DNA of 64,000 nucleotides, counting the filler, from Reticulomyxa filosa (taxonomy: Eukaryota; Protista; Foraminifera), in assembly GCA_000512085.1 (NCBI GenBank). It is 25 parts of 25 records of this genome, joined end to end, with 100 filler letters (N's around TTAATTAATTAA, not from the genome) between each part and the next. Parts side by side here need not be neighbours in the genome. Positions count along the whole stretch, not along the records: positions 52,053 to 54,657 come from ASPP01021570.1; positions 54,758 to 57,960 come from ASPP01028630.1; positions 58,061 to 59,736 come from ASPP01019181.1; positions 59,837 to 61,193 come from ASPP01005544.1; positions 61,294 to 64,000 come from ASPP01017504.1; 20 more parts are not named here. The stretch is one strand, 5' to 3'. The notes under the pieces were generated by a model. It searched no databases and was not told the DNA's origin. It saw only the letters and a program-made list of their open reading frames with translations. The translations under genes were made by a program, and so were the position numbers. How positions within the stretch are numbered: the first letter of the stretch is position 1; every line of letters starts with the position of its first letter. Positions 53,577 to 64,000 of this stretch are shown here, one piece after another.

Positions 53577-54020
53577 TTACTGATTTATAGAGATGTTGAT
53601 AATGCCATTAGTAACAGGCATAGACAATGTATTTGGATAGCTGCAACAAGATGCATCACCTTCAATCTCGGTGGTAGTTTTAAGTTTCACAGTTGTGGAA
53701 TAGGTGTCAACGGAATAATATGAAGCGTTAGCATTGGCATAGGAACTAAATTGGATCAAAATGTAATTGAAGTTCTCTGCGGCCATGGCATTGATGTTTC
53801 CCAGAGTACCGACCTCACAAACTCCAGTCGACTCCACAATAATGGTAATTCCACTTTGAGAACAATTTGACAAGGAACTGCAGTCACCAGCGGTGGCAAG
53901 ATTGGCAAACGCAGAGTCACAATCGCTTGGAGTTTGATACAAAAAGTACATTGCACCGTTGTCGCCGAACGCAAACGGGACAACTACTGACAACACCAGA
54001 GCAAAGAGCGAACCAAGCAT
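53577..54020 (-). CDS. Small secreted cysteine-containing protein (147 aa)
   Basis: Intact single-exon ORF with signal peptide MLGSLFALVLSVVVPFAFG, six Cys and S/T/N-rich composition. Confidence 0.75.
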   Translation of the reverse strand: MLGSLFALVLSVVVPFAFGDNGAMYFLYQTPSDCDSAFANLATAGDCSSLSNCSQSGITIIVESTGVCEVGTLGNINAMAAENFNYILIQFSSYANANASYYSVDTYSTTVKLKTTTEIEGDASCCSYPNTLSMPVTNGIINISINQ

Positions 54021-54224
54021 TTTTACTTTTCAATATTTTCACAAATAAAGGTTTTTTAGTATTTTCTTTGAGAAGTTAGGATTTTTATGTAACGAAAAAG
54101 TTCAGTTGGAAAAAAAAACTAGAACGAAAGCTAGGCGTGATGATTAAGAAAAATTTCAAAATTTTTGGTTTTGTTGAATAATCTAAGACTAAACAAAGCT
54201 TAAAAAAAAAACCGTTGAAAAAAT

Positions 54225-54572
54225 TCAAAGACTAGTGATGTTGAAAATCAAAGTTGTGTATTCTGCTTTTCCAGTGTCATCAGAAGCCCCTCCTAGCTTC
54301 CAGACATCGTCACCAGATACTCTCTTGTTTAAAACAGTGTTTTGCGTGTCATTTTTTTTCCGGAAGGTAACCGCAGCATTGCAATCAAACAGAAAGTAGT
54401 TGTCAACAACAAAAGTTTTTTTGCATCCAGGACATTGGACGCCAGGAAAGCGCGATTTGTCACTATTGAGTCCATCTACATCTTCATTCGGACGGATTTC
54501 GCCAAAGCCACGATTACAAATCACGGGTTCATTGTTTTTGCCAGCAACGCAAGTGGTTTCTTTGCAGCGTCC
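54225..54572 (-). CDS. Terminal exon encoding a Cys4 domain resembling the C-terminus of protist ubiquitin-like-domain proteins
   Basis: GRCKETTCVA...VICNRGFGEI...CPGCKK...YTTLIFNITSL*. Acceptor AG at 54574-54573. Family call is from memory. Confidence 0.55.
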   Translation of the reverse strand, partial: GRCKETTCVAGKNNEPVICNRGFGEIRPNEDVDGLNSDKSRFPGVQCPGCKKTFVVDNYFLFDCNAAVTFRKKNDTQNTVLNKRVSGDDVWKLGGASDDTGKAEYTTLIFNITSL

Positions 54573-54621
54573 CTTGTGTCATATCAATTTATTATAATTT
54601 TGCATATACGTATACGTATAT

Positions 54622-54657
<36 letters not shown>

Positions 54658-56249
54658 NNNNNNNNNNNNNNNNNNNNNNNNNNNNNNNNNNNNNNNNNNN
54701 NTTAATTAATTAANNNNNNNNNNNNNNNNNNNNNNNNNNNNNNNNNNNNNNNNNNNNGATAAGGACAAGCCTTTTTTCAGTACATACGCTCCAACTTTCC
54801 CGTTTTTTAAACTAGTCCGCATTGTAAAGTAATTTTCTTCTAATTTTTAAAGTCAGTTTTTGTTTTGTTTTTTCGTTATGATAGAACGAATCAATCAAAA
54901 GTGCTGCTAGGAAAAATTTTTTCAGTTGGGACTTATCGCTTGAAATTTATGTTTACTACCCACTTAAAGAAAAATTCAACAGTCAAGGGGAGACATTATG
55001 CGAACAAAAAACACTATGAATGTCCAAATCCGAGATTGCTTTTCTGAACAAGCGCCTGTTGTTGACTGTTCGAATTGATAGGTTTTGGTGAGAGAGAATT
55101 GGAAAAAATTGAAGAAGAAAATCAAAATATTGGGAAAAGGCTCGTTTTTGTCGCGTCTTTGGACCAACAAATGAAGAGAGAGTCCGTAATGTGACAATCG
55201 TTTTCACAATGCGAGAATTCTTTATTACAAGTTGGCATTCACAATCATTGATTTTACAGGTGAATATAAATTATTTCAACATAAATCTTATCTGCACATT
55301 TTTGTTGAAATGTGTAATATTTATGCTGTTATGTGTATGTGTGTAGTGTTCACGTTTACACACTGACGTTGTCACCAGCTTCGGCTTTGTTGACTGTTTT
55401 GTGGCGCATTGTAAGTGTTTACTTGGGCCGTATTCTTTCTGGGATTACTCCTCCAAATAATATAAGCATTCGACATGTTCTTTTTTGTCTCGTATTCGAG
55501 CCCGTAACCACACACTATGTATCGGTAAACGATTGAAGAACTTAAAAAAAGAAAATGTTAGAAATTAAATGGAAAATGGGAAAGGCAACAGACAATGAAG
55601 GAGCAACTTTCATTGAAGCAGATGACCAAGCTAAAGTCGTATTTGCTATTCTTTAGTTTGTGTTTCACATTTTATAAATTTACATATGTGCAGCTGCGTC
55701 TTTTGTTCTTACAAATATTGTTTCTAACAAAATTCATTCACAAGAAGAAAAAGAAAGTTGAATTTGGTTTAACAAATTTACTTTATATAGCACTGAATTT
55801 TCCTTCCCACGTATGTCAAACTTCCTTAGCAGCGCGACAATCAACAAAATATTCATTTCATGTCAGAAATATTTTTGATCAATCTTTTTTTGCAATCTAT
55901 AACACATCTAATTCTTACTGTGTGGAAAGGTGATTTTCTTTTCTGTTGAAAAAAAACAGGTTTGACGAGAGTTAATAACAAGAATGAAAAAGGAGATATC
56001 CTTTGTCATAAATAATCCAAGATGGATTTAATTAGTGTTGTTTTATTTCTGTTTTCGTTGCATCTTGGAGGTAACAAGAAAATTTATACTTCTTTTCTGC
56101 TTATCTATCCCAGCGTGTGAAAAAAGTGCAATATTTTTCTTTTGGTTTGAATTGAGAACAAATTCCAACAACCAGCGAGGACAGTAGTATCTCGAGACTA
56201 CGAATTTGAATTTTCGAGTGGGCCGTTTGACGACACCACATGCACTTTG

Positions 56250-56846
56250 CAAGTGATATTGTGCAATAAAGATTATTTGAACGGAGGAAGTTCAAGCGGT
56301 TGTGTTCCCCATTTTTTTTACACAATTTCGGGGACATCAACCGGTTCCAATTCAATGACTATCTCCGGCACCATTTCCTATGTATATATCATTGCCCGAC
56401 AATGCACTGACACCTTTGGCATATGTTAAACAAACACAACTCAAAATATCAATTATTATTATTTTTTTTTTTTTTTGACACATTAATATACACATTATAT
56501 GCACATACATATAATATGTATATTAATATATTTTAGACGAAAAATAACGGTGGACTCGCAACAAGTATTAATAGCCCCTCCAGCGATATTGGGCTCATTG
56601 TCCGACGTATTTGATGGGATATCCGCATCGGTTTGTCAGTTTCATCCTCCGATGTCTGCACCGATCAAAGCCCCGACAAAGAGACGACTACCACACGCAA
56701 TGGCACCGGCAGTGGCGAAACTGGTGATCAAACCAAAAAAAAAAGGAGTCAGAGGGCTCCTCCAAAAAAAACATCTTCCAAAAGGCCGACGCTGCTGGCG
56801 TTGTCATTGTCATCCTAGGCGCGTGTATTGTTCTTTCGTTACTTAG
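56250..56846 (+). pseudogene. S/T/G-rich, possibly surface-protein gene fragment with frameshifts
   Basis: NGGSSSGCVPHFFYTISGTSTGSNSMTISG...; after an intron, SSSDVCTDQSPDKETTTTRNGTGSGETG...LLALSLSS. Confidence 0.35.
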
Positions 56847-57140
56847 TTGCTGCGCGCGCCTACTCTCAGTACCAAAAGAGAAAGCTTGTTCGGGAACAAT
56901 AATTTTTTTTCCCAATGTAAAAATCTTTTCAAATCTTATAGAATAACTTCAGAATGCAATTTTTCTTTTTTTTGTTATTGCTTGGTTGTATCAGTCTTCA
57001 ACACTTGTAGCAGAAATAATCTTAAAAAATTTGACAAACTTTCAAAAATATTTTCCGACTTAGGAAATTTTTCTTTTTTGAATAAAAAACACAAAAAGAT
57101 GATGTTGATAAAAAGAAAGAAAAATGTATTTATACCTCAT

Positions 57141-57532
57141 TTTTATCCATCGTTTACGTTTGATTTGGAGCTATTTCATTCTGCCAAATTACTTAAAACT
57201 TTCGCTGGACATATTGGTCATATAGACAGTATCGATTTTTTCACCTTTGATGGTATTCGATATCTTTGTTCTGGAAAGGACAAAACAGATTCAATCTTTT
57301 TAATGGACATTCAGATCATGTCCTTTGTGTAAAATTTTCAAATTATTATTCCCATAAATATCATCTTCCAGTTATTTGCCCTTCATCATGGGACAAGACT
57401 GTTTGTTTTTGGGACTTTAAAAATAACAAAGAATTAGAGGTGCTTAGCGATCACGCTGAAAGTTTTGAAGGTATCAATTTTTCATCATTTGTTGGAGGAT
57501 GATATTTGTGTTCTGGATCATGGGATTGTACC
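57141..57532 (+). pseudogene. WD40-family pseudogene
   Basis: KLLKTFAGHIGHIDSIDF...RYLCSG, internal deletion/frameshift, FNGHSDHVLCVKFS...SSWDKTVCFWDF...FVGG*YLCSGSWD. Confidence 0.85.
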
Positions 57533-58060
57533 ACTTACCAATTGCCGCAGTGTCAGTTTAACCCAGTAAAAATGGACACAAAAAAACTCAAAAGAGAACT
57601 TTTAACATCACTTAAATGTGTAGTATTTTAACTTACTGCAGCACGCATTCCAAACACAATCAAGTTTCATTTATATTGTTCAAAAAAAAGATGATGTACC
57701 AATTTACGTTTCTATCAGTTATATGGACTTTTTATCTCAAGGTTAAAAAAATCCTTGATTATCACCAATATCCATTTGTTGCTTACTCTCATTGTAAAGC
57801 TTGGATCTCAAAAAATAAATCTTCTTTTGCTTCATTTAATCAAGCAGAATGTTTTGATGATTGTATAGCAAATTATATGTTGCATTTTTCAAAGGAGTAA
57901 TCGTAATGGCATTAGCTGAAAAAAGGACAAAAAGCAATTGAAACATAATTATCATTTTTTNNNNNNNNNNNNNNNNNNNNNNNNNNNNNNNNNNNNNNNN
58001 NNNNTTAATTAATTAANNNNNNNNNNNNNNNNNNNNNNNNNNNNNNNNNNNNNNNNNNNN

Positions 58061-59736
58061 GATACCGTTTTAGGCGTTCAGTTTTCTTTGCAACCTACTG
58101 TATGTATATCAGTCACTCGCAATAATAATTCCGAAATGTTATGCAATTATTGGAATCCTACTTGACTTTATTGCAATAATTTCTTTTGTTTAATACATCA
58201 ATCTCATTGTAATAATCTTTTTCAATAATTTTCCGATACTTTAAAGTAATGCAATTAGTTGCTTTGGAATCTTAACAATATTTGCATTCTTCCATAATTT
58301 AGGCATATTTACACAACCAAATAACATCACAAGCGAATTTGTCAAACTTTGTGCTGTTTATTTCGTAATTTTCAGCTGGGAACATCATCTTCCATCAATT
58401 GATAATACTATTCTGTTTCGTTTGAAAAGCCAGTAGATTGTGTTTGTTTTGCAAGCTGTGAAATCGACAATTCGGACATTTTATTTTTATCATGTTCGAC
58501 AATGACTTAAATAACACTAATTTTATTTGAATTTATAGATCTAAACTGCGAAAATAACTGTTTTATATTACTTTCTTGCAGTGATTCAATTGATTTTATC
58601 AAATATCCCTGCTTCTCTTGTTTCAATCACTCATTGTTTTTTTGTATTTCCAATAATTTGCATTTGTTCTGTTCACTAAACTTCCTTTTCAGTCAATGCA
58701 CTTTCTTTCTTTTCCTAATGCATCATTCCACAATAGTTTCCTTTCCATACAATCTTTGTTCTAATGCTTTTGCTTCTTCCACTACACACATTGTCCATAA
58801 TTCTACTGCAGAATTCAGTGTTTCATGAAGTCACCGTGGTAAAGAATTTTTTCATATTGTTCATATTTATCACTACTTAAATACTATATTTTATGTTTCT
58901 TAATGTCATTATATAACTAATTTGCTTTGATGATAAATGTCATTTGCAAATTATAACATTCTACGTTTAATTCGTCATTATCATATCTCCAATTACTGCA
59001 TCAACTTGCAATTTATTCTGAACATAAAATGATATCAATTGTTAATTTTCCTATATCTTTTTCAAATGTGTGATTTAATAGATATTATTTTAAAATTTCA
59101 AGTTGTTATTTGTGTAAAATCCAATATAATTTCACTGATATTATCAAACAATAACAACCAATGATAATGTATCCAAAATCTTCCTTGCTTCTTTTAATTC
59201 TTTCAAATACGATCAAATTGCGACATATAATTGCTAGTATAATTTCAGGTTTATATTCATCTAGGTGATCTTATTTGTTTCTTTTGTAAATTTTGAAAAA
59301 ATTTATAAAACATGATCTTGAAGCTAATTTGAACTAAGCATTATTCATATTCTAATACTTGAATCTAATCAAAGGATAATTGAAACAAGAACAAATAAGT
59401 TTCAAGATATAGTCGACAAAGATAGAAGTCCTTCATGTTTCGCTCAATAAATTCTGACATTAACCGTTATTTAATTAATTCTCCAACCTAAAACTTTCAT
59501 GAATATTGTTAATTGATTGTAACTTATCTCCAATATATTGACTTTCGAAATGAAGTAGTTGATATTGCTATGTAATATAATCAATTCATTCATTAATAGC
59601 ATCATCAATTCTGTCATTTATTCATGTAATTCAGCAATTTCATTTTTCAATTTGCTAAATGATTCAATCCAAAATAATTCTTACATTAGTGAAAATATTA
59701 TCTTAGTCTGCTTCTATTTTTTGTTTTTTTTTTTTT
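58061..59736 (-). pseudogene. Heavily degraded coiled-coil gene relic, related to the relic at 52255
   Basis: E/K/N-rich minus-strand fragments with many stops. Shares about 38 bp with 52255-52292. Confidence 0.4.
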
Positions 59737-59836
59737 NNNNNNNNNNNNNNNNNNNNNNNNNNNNNNNNNNNNNNNNNNNNTTAATTAATTAANNNNNNNN
59801 NNNNNNNNNNNNNNNNNNNNNNNNNNNNNNNNNNNN

Positions 59837-60386
59837 AAAATGCCACCTTATAGAGATAATTGTGTTTTTCCATGAAAAAATAACATTTAACCAAAATTTT
59901 TTTAAAATATCTACGAATCGTGTAGTTTTTAAATATCATTTTGGTTTTTTTAAGTCTTTCTAATTTTTTCAAAAATTTTAATCTTTCATTTGATTTGGTA
60001 AAATTTCTTAAAAAAAGTTGACAATTGTATTTTTCTCGTAGTTAAAACAAAAAAAATGAAAATAATGAATTACTGCAAATTCACCTGGTTTAAATCCAAT
60101 TGAAAATCTTTGGTTGATAGCAAAGACAAGATTCACAAAAAAGGACCATTTAATACAACTGAAGAAATTTGGACCAATTCGAAACAGAATGTGAAAAAAT
60201 AGAAACAAATATTCTTGAAACTTTAATAAAGTTGATTCCAAAGAAAATACAGGAATTAAAAAAGCCAAAGTAGATATAACATGTCGGTAAACTTGAATTA
60301 AATTTTAAAAAACAAATCTTATCATAATCAGGCAACCACAAAAAATATTGTCATTTTAGGTGTCAACTTTCTTTTTTATCTTACTG
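59837..60386 (+). mobile_element. Tc1/mariner (IS630-Tc1) DNA transposon relic: 3' transposase fragment and right terminal inverted repeat
   Basis: From 60072: TANSPGLNPIENLW (SPDLNPIE motif with the catalytic E), then KKGPFNTTEEIW...LETLIKLIPKKIQEL with frameshifts. The element ends ...gtgtcaactttcttttttatcttACTG|TA (60386|60387), i.e. TA-CAGT... on the other strand. Confidence 0.85.
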
Positions 60387-61069
60387 TAGGTATAATTTGT
60401 TTTTCTTGGAGAAAATTGATTATCTTCGTAAGTGCTATTTTAATTTTCCAGTTTGTTTGCAATATATGTAGATAATGCATATGTATACTAACTTTCGCAT
60501 TGCTGATATTTTTTGCATTAAACATTACACTTTTTGTTTCTCTTCATTAAATAGCATCCAACAATATTTATTAATTATATGTAAATCTTTTTTCCATTTA
60601 TAAATATCGCTTGACAATAGACACCATTAGTTACTATTGAATTACATTTGATAGGCTACCATATTTTTCGGTTTGATAAATTCATTAAATTTAAGAAATA
60701 TTCTTTCATTTTTAATTTTTTAAACAAAAAGGAAAAAGGATATTTACAATCAGTGACAAAGATTTGAACAAAATTTCATGAAAAATGAATAAAAATCAAG
60801 TAAAAGGGCAAATAAACAACAAGACAAGAACGCAGAGAAGTTGACTAAAAAGTAAATTCAAAAAAAGTCCCAGTCGGTGTGGGCTCACAAATTGTAGCGC
60901 TGGTATTGTAATAAAAATGAATTTTCTTTAAAGAAATAATATTTTATTTTTGCAGTGCATGTGTTTGCCTAAATAAGTTTTTTTTGTGAGTTACGGAGCC
61001 TTTGAAGCAAGGACACTCTTAATTGTTATTTTCAGATTAAACTGGGTTAAATCATTGCAAGTTGCAATT

Positions 61070-61177
61070 ATGAAGCTATTACGCGTGCTTATCCTTGGTA
61101 CATTGGTAGTACTTTGTTTGGGTGGAGGATGGCCTCTTGATGTTGTTGGTGACGAGAACGGTGGGGACAACTGTTAA
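61070..61177 (+). CDS. Probable first exon of a secreted protein
   Basis: MKLLRVLILGTLVVLCLGG looks like a signal peptide. Possible GT donor near 61173; the contig then ends. Confidence 0.4.
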   Translation: MKLLRVLILGTLVVLCLGGGWPLDVVGDENGGDNC

Positions 61178-61310
61178 GTACCAGTCAAGCTCTNNNNNNN
61201 NNNNNNNNNNNNNNNNNNNNNNNNNNNNNNNNNNNNNTTAATTAATTAANNNNNNNNNNNNNNNNNNNNNNNNNNNNNNNNNNNNNNNNNNNNAATAATA
61301 ATAAAACCAG

Positions 61311-63512
61311 ATCAAGAAACATATAATTGCATGGTGAATGGAGGAGGAATTGCAGAGCTGTTGCGACAAGCGGAAGCCAATGCCAACAATGGTGCACCAT
61401 TGGGCGCATGTTTGGATGCATTTGGCACGTTGTCCAATGACGATCGATTAAAGACCTTGCTGGGAATGCATGGCTTAATTCGATTGATATTAGAAACGAT
61501 TCGTGCTCATCAAATGGACATTGAGCTACTTGACAAATGCTGTTACATTCTGAGCAACTTGACCTTTAACAACGCCGAAAACATGACGCAAGTGATCGAG
61601 CATGGAGGAATTGCGGATATTGTGGGAGTGCTCAAGCGACACAAAGTCGTCAACTTTTTGTGCGAATCGGCAATGAATGTGTGTGGTAAACTTGTGTCAC
61701 AATAGCGACAAAAACAAAACGCTGATCTGTCGCAGCGGTGGTGCAAAAGTCACTATCGACTGTCTGCGCCAATTCAACAAGTGTGCCAACGATGGCGACG
61801 AACCAATTGTGGTTGCTGCGTTCCGCTGTCTTGCCAATTTAGCCTATGTGGTGGACAATGTCAAGCAATTGATCAAACAAGATGCCGTTGCCATGGTCAT
61901 GGATACCATGCAAAAGAACACCGATCACCGTGCTCTTATTCAAATGGGCATTGTCGTATTGGCCAATTTGAGTAGTCACGAAAAAGGTTTGTTGAATATA
62001 AATTTGTATATATACATATATACATATATAATCATTACAATAAATTCTTTTATTTTTTTTTTTTTTTTTAAAGTCGCTCACATCATGGTTCAATTGGGAG
62101 TGCTGGATTTGATATTAGCAGTAAGTAAAGGCTATCCGGATGAAATTGAAATCCAAAAGTCATGCTTGGGATGTGTTGGCAATCTGATGAATGAAGCCTC
62201 GAACGTAGTGGCCTTCTTGGACAAGAAGGGACACATTCGCGTATTTGAAATAATGAAAGAGCTCGTATTTGAAGAGTCAGTCACATCTTTGTGCTGCAAG
62301 CTATTGAAGATCCTGGCCGCCAACTCTGATATCGCAAACACATTAACGGAAAGTGGGGGATGTCGGGCAGTGGCACAACTGTTGGAAGATAATATCAATC
62401 AATCCTCTTTGGTCGCGTTAGGGTGTCAAGCGCTGTGCAAAATGATATCGACAAACGAGGCGGCAAAAATAATCGCAAACGAGGGCATTGTAGAATTGAT
62501 GGTCACCATTAGCAGTGAAAAAGACAATTGGGCAAATCTCGAAATTATGAATGAAGTCATCAAAGTGGTTGTGAACTTTAGTGGACTGGAAGAAAATGCA
62601 CAATTGTATGCGAAAGGAGGTTCCGTTTCATTGTTGAAGGCAATTGAAGCCCATCATGACAATGCCGTGTTCTTAGGAAATGCCGCAATGGCTTTGTCCA
62701 AATTATCCGTTCATCCTACCGCTTCGCGACCTTTGGTAAAACGAGGCGCCATCGCAGTTATTATCAATAGTGCCAATGCCAATATAGAGCGCAAAGGAGT
62801 CATTGCAAGATATTTACGAACATTGTCAAACTTTTTGTACACGGAAACAAAAGCAGGAGAAGAAATCACGCGCACAAATGCCTATCAAGTGATGCAACAT
62901 ATTGTTGAAAAACACCCGGGCTTTGAACCTTTAATAAAAGAATGGTCCGAATTTGAAAAAGCTGTCCGCTTGAAATCCAAAAAAATCGGCCAAGCCCCGG
63001 CCAAACACTACAGTGCCCCTATTCGAGACAGAATTGACAAAGCCAATCTACGACTTCTCACTGCTGGCACAGTGATGCGCAAACATGGCGATGGTTTATA
63101 CTTCTGAAAAACTTTTTTTTTTTTTTTTTTTTTTGATAAATCACGTATCACTTTTGTATCGTCCTTAATTGATGATCACACAATAATACACCTAGGTAAA
63201 GCTCGTAAGAAATTAATTCGTGTGGATGAAAGTTGTGAACTGCTTCTATTTGAAGATACAACTGGAAAGAAAGGACCCAAGCAATTAAACATCAGAAGTA
63301 TTCAACAAATTCGAGGCGGAAATGCTCATCCAGCAATGCGCAAAGTTGCAAAAGATTGTGGAATTGAGATTGTTTCGATTGACCCAAATGGCCGCGAGTT
63401 CGTTGTATGTTTGGAAACCAAGACTGGCGTTGAAGGTGAAAAATGGTTGAGTGCTCTCCAAGAATTAGTGACTGTATGCACTACAGCACAAAACAAAATG
63501 GAAGGCGATTAA
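61311..63512 (+). CDS. Armadillo-repeat protein with C-terminal PH domain, 3' part
   Basis: Ten or more ARM repeats (CYILSNLTF, FRCLANLAY, CLGCVGNLM, AAMALSKLSV). One frameshift near 61680; introns near 61988-62073 and 63094-63195. PH: LLTAGTVMRKHGDGKARKKLIRV...IRSIQQIRGG...CLETKTGVEGEKWLSALQELV. Confidence 0.85.
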
Positions 63513-64000
63513 AAAATCCCACATCAAAAAAAAAAATTTGTTGTTGTAAAGGCGTATTTTTTGTGGTATTTTTGTATATTTGTGAGTTGCCACATCTTTC
63601 CTTGGTTTTTCGATTTGTTTCTCGTTTGAAGGTAATTTCACGGCTCGTAAAGTCATTTCAAATAAAAGTAACATAAACTTCACCATAAAAGTGACTTTTG
63701 TATGATTTATTTAATTAAAATAAATCTATGTTACATTCAGCTCATGCACTTCTTGTGCAAGCAAAAATTTTTTGAAAGAGAAACTATACATTTAAAAAAA
63801 AGACGCCACAGACATTGAGAAAAAAAAAAGCAAAGAGATTATTCAACGTTCTGAATTCCGATTTGGAGTAATTGCCATTCGATAGTTTCTAAAAACTTGC
63901 TTAAAATGTTTTCAAACGCAATCAAGTTTATACTTTTTTGACCACCAGCCACTTGTTGAAACGTTCCAATAGCATCAAAATATCGTCGTTGTGTTTTCGG

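Overview
This window is not one locus. It is 25 short contigs (about 1-5.6 kb each) joined by 24 identical artificial 100-bp spacers (N44-TTAATTAATTAA-N44), so genes on different contigs are unlinked. The DNA is AT-rich and eukaryotic, with many short GT-AG introns and frameshifts at homopolymers. Its gene families (expanded Kelch-like and WD40 families, many pseudogenes, dipeptide-repeat proteins, a ubiquitin starting MAQI) resemble a foraminiferan/rhizarian protist such as Reticulomyxa filosa; that attribution is inference from memory of these families. Recognisable, mostly partial genes: DNAJC2/zuotin, a Tvp15/COPI-associated membrane protein, two Kelch-like proteins, Tem1/Spg1 GTPase, a PhyH dioxygenase, a CAP-Gly + RPEL-repeat protein, a ULK/Atg1-like kinase, a large Cys-rich surface protein, an F-box-like/GTPase fusion, WD40 proteins, a beta-helix protein, a WAPL-like protein, a ubiquitin-L40 pseudogene, a DRAM/Frag1 protein, an EF-hand coiled-coil protein, an RGS domain, and an ARM-repeat + PH protein. 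A Tc1/mariner relic is also present. Best leads: (1) the CAP-Gly/RPEL protein, a candidate microtubule-tip/G-actin linker; (2) the ARM-repeat + C-terminal PH protein, with the architecture of the apicomplexan glideosome-associated connector; (3) introns with poly-A 3' ends and often poly-U 5' ends; (4) an RNF213-like AAA+ relic; (5) recurrent TGA codons at conserved Arg positions in pseudogenes. No rRNA, tRNA or CRISPR array was seen. All family calls come from reading motifs by eye; no search was run.
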